From Eledone cirrhosa (Eukaryota), in assembly GCA_964016885.1 (NCBI GenBank), contig OZ024741.1, positions 6,076,001 through 6,140,000 on the forward strand: a stretch of DNA of 64,000 bases. Direction: 5' to 3'. Position 1 is the first letter of the stretch. Each line of letters opens with the position of its first letter. The notes beneath the pieces are model-generated. The model saw nothing but the letters and a program-made list of their open reading frames with translations. It had not been told where the DNA came from and ran no database searches. Shown here piece after piece: positions 42,226 through 50,690 of the stretch. The position numbers and the translations under genes are program-made.

Positions 42226-44314
42226 ACCTCTGTCGCTATTAGAAATCAAAATACACGTTTCATATTGATCACTATATTTTCAATTTCTGTATTGTTTGTC
42301 GTCTTGTACTACCCCCATCATATTGCCACTTGATGCGACGACTAAATCAAACATTTTCAGGTTTAACTTTATAAACAGTAAAAGAATTAAGTTATATTTT
42401 AAAGAATTGAGGATTTCTAAGAGAAAGAAAGAATAGAAAAATAAAGAGGTGAAATTAAATGTTTATAACTGAACATAAGTGAACATTTGTGATATATTAC
42501 CTTTATCACAATTAGAGAACGGTGGGGAGAGAAAACAGGTGAGAATATTTCTTCCTTAGTAACGAGATTAAATATTTGGGGCAATAAACGATGTTCAGGC
42601 CTTTCTAAAAGACAGACAATAGCTTTAACCATAAATTTAAATTTGATTGTAGTTTAGATTAGTTGAGAGCCTGTAGGACTCAATACAGATATAAACCTAG
42701 AGCCAAGGACTGTATGTATATATATATACTTCCAATGAACAGACATTGAGTAATAAATATTTCGCATGCCAGCTTCATTTTAAATTTAGCTTCCTGTTTT
42801 GATTAACTAATGAAGTAGTCACCTCTCCCCCGACATGTACAAAATAGTTTTGTATTTTTTTAATCCTTCAACAATTAATTAGACAAGATTTAATTTCTTA
42901 GACTGGGGCGCTATTAGCTTTAATTTGACACCAAATAATTTCTTTATATTTTTCTGTTTGTATTTTTCCACTTGTTCTTCATTTTATTTCACTAAACGCC
43001 CACCATAAGCCATAAAGCATCTAGATGAGATTTTTTTTTTATTAAAAAGAAAAATTCCTACCATTTCGAATATTAAACAGACCTGAAATTCCCTGTAGAG
43101 CACCTGTAAAAGATTATCTACAATTTTCTCACTGTGGAGTCATTGTACAAATAAACTAGCGGGATTTGGTTGCCATGTAGACCCAAACTACGATTCCTTC
43201 TTACCAACTGTATATTTTTATAGTAAAAGATGTGGGTCAGTGTTTTCAGGACATTGTTGCACGTCTATATTGTATATTAACAAATAATAATTCATAACTT
43301 TGTCACAAGATCACACACAAAAAAAAAAGTGAGATCAACTTGATGGAAACTAGTATTTAGATTAATGCTAATTTTACCGACTTTTAACTGGGTTTAAAAT
43401 ATACTAATAACATTGTTAGTTTAAATATATCTATTTGCAAAAACAAAAAAAAAACACCTAAATTTTTGGATCTTAAAGATAAATAGGAAAATGGAAAGGT
43501 AGAGGACCCTAAAATAGTGAAATAACATTAGTGGTGTTAGAGTATGGAAGGATGAGGGAAGTCCGATAACTCCAGTAGAGGACATAAAGCCACACCCTGG
43601 TTAGGAATAAATTAAGACGGGATAGACGTGAATTAAGGTTTGAGAGGGGAAACCGATAGAAATTTAGTGGGGACGATGCTGTTATTGCTTTATAAAGGAC
43701 AAGCCGACCTAAGTAGAGAGTTTCGACTAGGAATCGAAAGTGGGTCGTGGGTGCAATATTACTTCACTGCCACCATGACCACCACTACTCAAGATATTTT
43801 TTTTAATTAGCTCAAGGCCGGATCTTTGTCGGTGAATGATATGGGAAGGTTGATGTTTGTGGCCTCGACTGGTAACACAGATTACAAATATGAACTATGG
43901 TTCCATGAGAACTTTCTTACTATTAGACATTTACTCAAAAAAGCGGAAAGAAGAAACATTTTTTGTATGTGTGGGTGGAGTACGGATAAGCAAATGAAGA
44001 AAAAAATAACCCCAATTTAACAAAATACGGGTATCACGGGTATGAAACATCAAATATAACAATTCTAAATACTATCATACAGGGAAAACAAAACAAAAAA
44101 TAAAGTGGAAAATGAAAAAAAAAAAATAGCAAAGAATTATTGCAACAGTTAAAAGGCAAATAGTTGTTTCGTCATTTAAATAACTAGAACATGTACCCGA
44201 GTGTATATGGGTGCCTGTATGGAGGGGTAAGATTATGTGGGTATGTGGAAGCATATATTTGTCTGTAATATACCTGTAGATATTTAGGTCTGCACAACTA
44301 TAACTATGTAAGTG

Positions 44315-44315
<1 letters not shown>

Positions 44316-44368
<53 letters not shown>

Positions 44369-44502
44369 AGTGAGTTTTGTTTTCGTGCTGCATGTCATCA
44401 TGCGTTTGCATACAGTATGTCAGAGTGTGTGTGTGTGTGTGTGTGATTCTGTGTGACTATGTATGTGTATGTATATGTGTGTGATTGTGTGACTATGTAT
44501 GT
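44316..44502. repeat. (TA)n and (GT)n microsatellites in the probable 3' UTR
   Basis: (TA)~24 at 44316-44364, (GT)n at 44425-44445, and a short duplicated GTGTGATT.TGTGTGACTATGTATGTG. Confidence 0.9.
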
Positions 44503-44879
44503 GAATTGGACTTGGTATTTATCACAAATAAAACAGTAAATCTGTCAAGTTAGTAATAAACAAACCAAAAAGTTAAATATCAATGGTTGGTTGTTTGTAT
44601 GTTTTTCGTGAAATTCTCATATGAGTGATGTCTGCTGGCACTGGTGTTTGTATGTAAGATGCTATGTAATGTGTTTCTAATAGTATGCTCCATGTATATA
44701 TATATATATATTATTAATGCCGGTAAGTTTGGATGGTTGAAATAAATTAGAGAGGACTTGATACAACACCCATTCGTAGAATCATCATCATCATCATCAC
44801 CACAACTGTTCTTATTACTATTAATATTATTATTAAACATTATCCGTCACGTTTAGTTACAAAATATATTGCAAGCTCA

Positions 44880-45584
44880 CTAAAACTGAGAGAGTATTCT
44901 GTTGGCCTGACCAGGGCCGACTTCATTCTCATATCGATAGGAAAGATATTTGGCAGTTTCTGTAAACTCCTGCAACAGGTTAAATAATCCACGGAGATGA
45001 TACTTGAAGGAAGTGGCGACATGACGGGGGACTTCGTCATTGCCACTACCATTGGAACCGACAGAGGCACAGTCATCTTCATCGCATATATCCATAGTTG
45101 ATGTCGACTCCACATCTTGGTCTTGTTCATGATCCTGCTCCGTCGGAGAGTCCAGACAATCATTTTGCAAGTTTCCACATGTCACTTCTTGTTTAATGGC
45201 TTTCAACATACTGTAGAAGTTGTATAAGTTTTTTGCGTCGGCATTAGCAGCGAGGAGGGTGCTTTGTTCGGCCGAATGCCGGCGGCGATGATTTGGTTTC
45301 AATTTTAGGTTAGAACTCAGGCTCGGAATGCTGGCACTTGAAGACGATGGAGACGGTGGGGCGCTGAAAGAATGATAGGGATCCCGGCCTTGTCGGTCAC
45401 CAGAAATTGGGTTAAAGTTGGGGTCCGATTCCTGCGAAATCTCCATATCTCTCAGTCTGCTTGGTATCATAACTGTGGAGTCCATATAGTTGACGGCCGA
45501 AACGAAGTTGCTTAAGGCGGACAAGATGGACTGATGGGTCACCCGTTCCTCGGAGATACTCATATCACGGACAGGATGGTTCAT
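44880..45584 (-). CDS. MID1IP1: Spot14/MID1-interacting protein 1 (THRSP/MIG12 family) protein, 234 aa, single coding exon
   Basis: All three family motifs occur in order: QSILSALSNFVSAVNYMDSTVMIPSRLRDM, LYNFYSMLKAIKQEV and FKYHLRGLFNLLQEFTETAKYLSYRYENEVG. The start context ACCACCATG is strong and the ORF is uninterrupted. The symbol denotes family-level homology only. Confidence 0.93.
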   Translation of the reverse strand: MNHPVRDMSISEERVTHQSILSALSNFVSAVNYMDSTVMIPSRLRDMEISQESDPNFNPISGDRQGRDPYHSFSAPPSPSSSSASIPSLSSNLKLKPNHRRRHSAEQSTLLAANADAKNLYNFYSMLKAIKQEVTCGNLQNDCLDSPTEQDHEQDQDVESTSTMDICDEDDCASVGSNGSGNDEVPRHVATSFKYHLRGLFNLLQEFTETAKYLSYRYENEVGPGQANRILSQF

Positions 45585-45746
45585 GGTGGTAACAAGGAAA
45601 ATATAAATACCAAAGAGAAAGAGAAAATAGCTGTATGAGCTGGTAACAGTGTTGAAAATAGTGACTAAGGTTAGTAACTCTCAATGATAGTATCCTTGAC
45701 AACTATCCGTGATTGCAATTCTAGGTTTTTGTTTTTGTTTTCTTTA

Positions 45747-45815
45747 AACTGACGGAAAATATCCGACAGTGTTTCTTAATGAAAATTGCATGGTATCTGT
45801 CCTGAAGGTATTATA
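45747..45815 (-). promoter_or_regulatory. Candidate core promoter (TATA-like plus Inr-like motifs)
   Basis: Minus-strand TATAATA at 45815-45809, with Inr-like TCATT at 45782-45778 and TCAGTT at 45752-45747. These lie 160-230 bp upstream of the ATG. The spacing is not ideal. Confidence 0.35.
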
Positions 45816-45824
45816 AGGTGACTA

Positions 45825-47070
45825 GGGAGAGGAGGAGAGTGTAGAGTGAGAGAGAGAGGGGGAGAGATAGAGTGCAGTGTTAGAGAGAGGGGGAGAGAGC
45901 AGAGTATAGAGAGATAGAGTGAGAGAAGGGCAGAGTAGAGTGTTAGGCAGAGAGGGCGATAAAGAGAGGAAGAGGAAGACAGAGTAGGTGTTAGAGAGAG
46001 AGGGGGAGAAAGTAAAGAGAAGAGAGAGAAGTATTAACCGACCGTTTTTCTCTCGTTACTTCTCATTGGAGGAGAGATTATCACGCGGTCTATACACTTC
46101 CATTAACGGTGCATTTACATAGCTTTCTTTCTTTCTCACCTTCTTTCTCTCTTTGTCGCTCACCTTCTTTCTTTATCTCTCACCTTCTTTCTCTCTTTCA
46201 CTCTTACCTTCTTTCTTTCTCTCTCTCACTCTTACCTTTTTTCTCTATTTTTCACTCTCACTTTTACCTTTTTACTCCCACATCCACTTTCTTTTTTTCT
46301 TTCACTCTCACTCCCACCTTCGTCTCTGTCTCTCACTCCCACCTTTCTTATTCTCTCTCACTTACTTTCACCTTCTTTCTCTCACTCACTCCCACTTCTA
46401 CCTGCTTCCTCTCTCTCTCTTTTCCCAGTTAATATATTCTAATACATCTACCAACTTTCCTCCCCCTCTCTTTATTTCCCTCTCTCTCTTCTTCTCTCTA
46501 CCATCTAACTCTATTCCTCTTTATCTCATTACTTTAATGCTTTTATCTTATTCTACTCTCTCTCTCTCAATAACTTACCCTCTCTCTCTCTGTCTCAATT
46601 TCTTACTCTCTCTCTGTCTCAATTACTTTCACTCTGTTAATTACTTACACTCTCTCTCTCTCAATTACTAACACACACACACACACACTCTCTCTCTCTA
46701 TCTCATTTACTTTTACTCTCTATCATTTACTCTCTCTCTTTCTTTCTCTTTTTTTTACTTATACACTCTCTCACACTTATACTCTCTATCTATACCCTCT
46801 CTCCGTCTCTCACTTATACTCTCTATCTATACCCTCTCTCTGTCTCTCACTTATACTCTCTATCTATACCATCTCTGTCTCTCACACTTATACTCTCTAT
46901 CTATCTCTCTCTCTCTCTCTGTCTCGCTTATACTCTCTATCTATCTCTCTCTCTCTCTCTCTCTCTGTCTCGCTTATACTCTCTATGTCCCTCTCTTTCT
47001 CTATCTTATACTCTCTATGTCCCTCTCTTTCTGTCTTATACTCTCTCCATCCCCCTCTCTCTTTGTCTCA
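45825..47070. repeat. GA-rich tract (45825-46030) and CT-rich tract (46120-47070), including a ~30-bp CTTATACTCTCTAT minisatellite (46770-47045)
   Basis: Polypurine then polypyrimidine low-complexity sequence, separated by a ~90-bp unique island. Confidence 0.9.
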
Positions 47071-47440
47071 TCCTACACACGAACACTCCAATAAAAAATT
47101 CAAAATGTTTAGTTGTATTATAATCTCCAAGTAAATTGTTCAACTAAATTACAGAATTCCAGCCATCATCTCTTGTTTTACGTCTTTCCTGTCAACGATT
47201 GTTTCTCTTACTTCAGCAAATGGCGTCAATTTAATACCTCACAACTGACGGTTTAAATTTAAACTACATAGAGAGAGATAGTAAATGGTTTCCCTCCTAT
47301 ATATATATATATTACATATATATATATACATGTAGAAGTTATATTTAATTTGTTGGGATTCCAACAAACTTAAAAGTTTCTAACTATATATATATATATA
47401 TATTATAAGTTTATAACTATATATATATATATATATATAT

Positions 47441-47555
47441 ATAGGAACAAGTATGACCCCGACGGCAGAGCTCAAGCCGTTTCGACGGCTAATTTGTCCA
47501 GAATTAGCCGTCGAAACGGCTTGAGCTCTGCCGTCGGGGTCATACTTGTTCCTAT
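47441..47555. repeat. Perfect hairpin, 54-bp arms and 7-nt loop; probable inactivated hammerhead ribozyme remnant
   Basis: 47441-47494 is the exact reverse complement of 47502-47555, with loop TGTCCAG. The right half reads GAAA-CGGC-TTGAGCTCT-GCCG-TC, like a hammerhead 3' half. The hairpin itself is directly observed, and the ribozyme origin is inferred. Confidence 0.85.
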
Positions 47556-47631
47556 TACCCACTCTACTACCCTAAGTATTGAGTACTTTGGTGCGTTATG
47601 GTCCATCTGGTTCCTTACCACATTTCCTTCG

Positions 47632-47776
47632 TTATATATATATATAACATATATATTATATATATAACATATATATTATATATATAACATATAACATATA
47701 TATTATATATATAACATATTATATATATAACATATATAACATATATATTATATATATAACATATATATTATATATA

Positions 47777-47846
<70 letters not shown>
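47632..47846. repeat. (TA)n / TATATAACATA microsatellite
   Basis: AT-only tract with interspersed AC. Confidence 0.95.
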
Positions 47847-47849
<3 letters not shown>

Positions 47850-47952
47850 ACATATAAATGAAGTAATTCCGTCGGAAAAGTCCAGGAAAAAAGAGTGCTC
47901 TATGTAGGTAACAGAGCTTAATAGTTATGTAATAAACAACATAAGGCAATTA

Positions 47953-48012
47953 TTCCATTTACCAGTGGTTTCTTAAAAGCAAAAAATTTTGCTTTCAATC
48001 ATCAGAATGAAA
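47953..48012 (-). ncRNA. Type I hammerhead ribozyme motif (copy 1)
   Basis: Reverse complement of the 48515-48574 motif, within the left arm. Confidence 0.75.
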
Positions 48013-48514
48013 AAATCCTGGTCTGTTTATTGAATTTGGATTTTAAAAACAAAAATGCAATCTATATGAAAGTGAGGCTGGAGAAAGAAGAAGGAAAGGA
48101 AAAATAAAATAAAAACACACATGCAAACAGACACACACACACACAAATGCATACATACACACATATATATATATGTGTATATAATATACATACACACACA
48201 CATATACACATATATATGTGTATATAAATACACACATACACATACACATACATACATACATACGCACATAAATATCAACACATCCATACATACATATATA
48301 CAACCACACATATATACAACCACACATACATATACACATATATATGTGTATATGTGTGTGTATGTATATATATATATATATATTATGTGTGTGTGTGTGT
48401 TTGCATGTGTGTTTTTATTTTATTTTTCCTTTCCTTCTTCTTTCTCCAGCCTCACTTTCATATAGATTGCATTTTTGTTTTTAAAATCCAAATTCAATAA
48501 ACAGACCAGGATTT

Positions 48515-48574
48515 TTTCATTCTGATGATTGAAAGCAAAATTTTTTGCTTTTAAGAAACCACTGGTAAATGGAA
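48515..48574 (+). ncRNA. Type I hammerhead ribozyme motif (copy 2)
   Basis: Stem I UUUCAUU / core CUGAUGA (48522-48528) / stem II UUGAAAGCAAAA..UUUUGCUUUUAA / GAAA (48555-48558) / minimal stem III CCA-C-UGG / GUA cleavage triplet (48565-48567) / stem I' AAUGGAA. Confidence 0.78.
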
Positions 48575-48740
48575 TAATTGCCTTATGTTGTTTATTACAT
48601 AACTATATTACATATATATATATATATATATATGTGTGTATATATATATATTTATTAAAATAACAGATTAAAGTTTAAGCAAAGAATCGCTGCTTTCACC
48701 CTTAACGGGAGCTTTTATTATTATTATTATTATTATTTAC

Positions 48741-48785
48741 ACTGGAATAATTGCTGGCCTTGTGCCAAAAGTAGAAACAAATATT
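48741..48785 (+). mobile_element. SINE tail fragment
   Basis: ACTGGAATAATTGCTGGCCTTGTGCCAAAAGTAGAAACAA, nearly identical to 49384-49423. Confidence 0.75.
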
Positions 48786-48940
48786 TTATACACACACACA
48801 ATGTAAGGATCACAGCTTCCGTTGCCGAACAGAATAAAATCCGAAAATACCGAGAATTATCAAAAACTATTTTTTCCAGTCTGGTGATCGAGTCGTTTGG
48901 TGGAGTTGGGTCACTGACAGCGAAGTTCTTGTCATTGTTG

Positions 48941-49081
48941 GTGGCTCACTTTACCGAAGTGTCAGGTGATGTTCGTGACGTTGCTTAGTTGTTTCACTAC
49001 CTTAGCCTCGCCATCACCTGGCCTTACCGCGGTGTCAGGTGGGGGTGCTTGGTTGTTTCATCACCTTAGCCTCGCCATCAC
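48941..49081. repeat. Diverged direct duplication
   Basis: TTACCG..GTGTCAGGTG...TGCTT(A/G)GTTGTTTCA..ACCTTAGCCTCGCCATCAC occurs twice. Confidence 0.8.
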
Positions 49082-49243
49082 AGTAATGCTGTCAGTGTGT
49101 TGGCTTACCTCAAAATATTCCATTGACCTTTGTGATGTGATGTGTGATAGATTGTCACACTCGTTTTTTTTTTTTGTCTTTCACTTTGGTGAGTTGTATT
49201 TGTGAGGTTCTTAGCAATAGTTAATTGTATTTATTATGTGTTT

Positions 49244-49427
49244 GGTGAATTGGCAGTATCGGTAGAGGGTAGGATATGCTTTCCAGCATAGTTACGTCCC
49301 TTTACGATCTGAGTTCAATTCCCGCCGAGGTTTACTTTGCCTTTCATCCTTACGGGGTCGATAAAATAAAGTACCAGTAATGTACTGGGATAATTGCTGG
49401 CCTTGTGCCAAAAGTAGAAACAATTAT
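49244..49427 (+). mobile_element. tRNA-derived SINE (octopus-type)
   Basis: A-box-like TGGCAGTATCGG, B-box GAGTTCAATTCCC, core CGCCGAGGTTTACTTTGCCTTTCATCCTTACGGGGTCGATAAAATAAAGTACCAGT, and tail GCTGGCCTTGTGCCAAAAGTAGAAAC. Several related copies occur in the window. Confidence 0.85.
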
Positions 49428-49499
49428 GTGTTTATATTTGTGTTTACATTTTCGTTCTGAAAAAATTTGTGAACAATTTGTAATGTTATTTATACAACT

Positions 49500-49810
49500 T
49501 CTTCACCCACTTATTCCTGAGAGTATCGTGGGGGCAGTCCTCAAACACTCCTTCCAGTGGGCCCTTCCAGAAGCAACAATCTACAACTGACCCGGCTGGA
49601 TCCCCAAATGAGACCAGCCAATCTCATGGATGTTATCCAACCATCTTGCTCGGGGTCTACACCAGGGTCTCCTGCCATAAAATCTACCTATCGCTTTTTT
49701 TCCTGAGACATTCTAATCACATGTCCATAGTATCGGAGCTGTGATCTCTCAATTCAGAGAAGTAGCAGCTCTACCTGGAGTGACTCTCTTATCTCTGGGC
49801 TACAGACTCT
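49500..49810 (-). mobile_element. RTE-clade LINE (Expander/Rex3-like) ORF2 3' fragment, pseudogenised
   Basis: The minus strand translates EIRESLQVELLLL*IERSQLRYYGHVIRM...GRRPWCRPRARWLDNIHEIGWSHLGI, with stops and frameshifts. These are the RTE LRW.GH..RM and GRP..RW motifs. Confidence 0.8.
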
Positions 49811-50012
49811 ATCAACATTTATACAACTGTGAATAAAAATTGCAATACACACACACTAGTGAACCCGTCTCGTTAATAATTCCGTTAATGGCGGTTGAAC
49901 GTATTTAGTCAACAGAATATAAAATAGACAATACAAAGTATATATACATCTGAAACATGTATAAGTTATTTCATATATAGTATTGTTTGATGTAGTTGGG
50001 AACTGGTGTCGT

Positions 50013-50215
50013 TAATAATATTACTATAGGCCAGCTATTTCAGAAGGGAAAGTCGATTAAATCAACTCCAGTGCGTTACTGGTACTTTATTTTTATCGAC
50101 CCCGTAAAAATGAAAGGCAAAGCTAACCCCGGTGGGATTTGAACTCAGAACGTAAAGGGCCGTAACTCTATGTCGCAGGCATGTTGTCCGACGCTCTACA
50201 GATACTGCCAATCCA
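50013..50215 (-). mobile_element. tRNA-derived SINE (same family as 49244)
   Basis: ACTGGTACTTTATTTTTATCGACCCCGTAAAAATGAAAGGCAAAG...GGGATTTGAACTCAGAACGTAAAGG...ATACTGCCAAT is the reverse complement of the 49244 copy. Confidence 0.85.
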
Positions 50216-50690
50216 TAATGATGGCCACCAGCATTGCACGTAATTTGATTTTAGGAGTCGAAGTCTGATAGGCTGTATAAACTAGAAAATTTGCGTTTTG
50301 TTAAATTAATGGTTTGCATAAGAGAAACCCTATAGATTGTTTTGACTATTTACACTTGGAAGTAATAACAGATAACAGTGATATTTTCATCGTTTATTAC
50401 TTGGAGATAATTATGTTCATATGTCCGAGTAACTTTTGAGAAATATTTACAGTGACAAATGTAGGATTAGATCTAGGGCAAGACCTTGGAAAACGAACTC
50501 CTTGTTATAGCACTATAACTAAAGTAGGAGATGGTATATTTGTGTGTATATATAGTGAAGAGTTACAGACAGTACTGCTGGGTGGTCAACAACACCCCGT
50601 GGTAAAGGACATGACTAGGTGCTAGAAGGAAGTTAATGAGGTAGAGAGATGAAAGGGGTTATTTGGCAAGGGAATAGGGACCTCAATATT

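Larger units (their letters stand above)
47847..48606. mobile_element. Putative Penelope-like or retrozyme-type non-autonomous element present as a head-to-head inverted pair
   Basis: Arms 47921-48129 and 48398-48606 are reverse complements with no net indel (209 bp). The spacer is CA/TA microsatellite and the outer flanks are (TA)n. Each arm contains a hammerhead motif. The PLE assignment is inferred. Confidence 0.6.

Noticed and set aside
42983-43043. Minus-strand AATAAA polyadenylation signals for the Spot14 gene
   Set aside because: The hexamer is common in AT-rich DNA and there is no clear downstream GU-rich element, so the site cannot be assigned without transcript data.
44840-45178. 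112-aa alternative-frame ORF overlapping the Spot14 gene
   Set aside because: It is a shadow frame with a non-ATG start and no recognisable motif.
48660-48715. Possible hammerhead 3' half on the minus strand (CCCGTTAAGGGT-GAAA-GCA...TGC-TT)
   Set aside because: There is no CTGANGA, the stems are weak and the segment is truncated by (ATT)n, so it cannot be supported.
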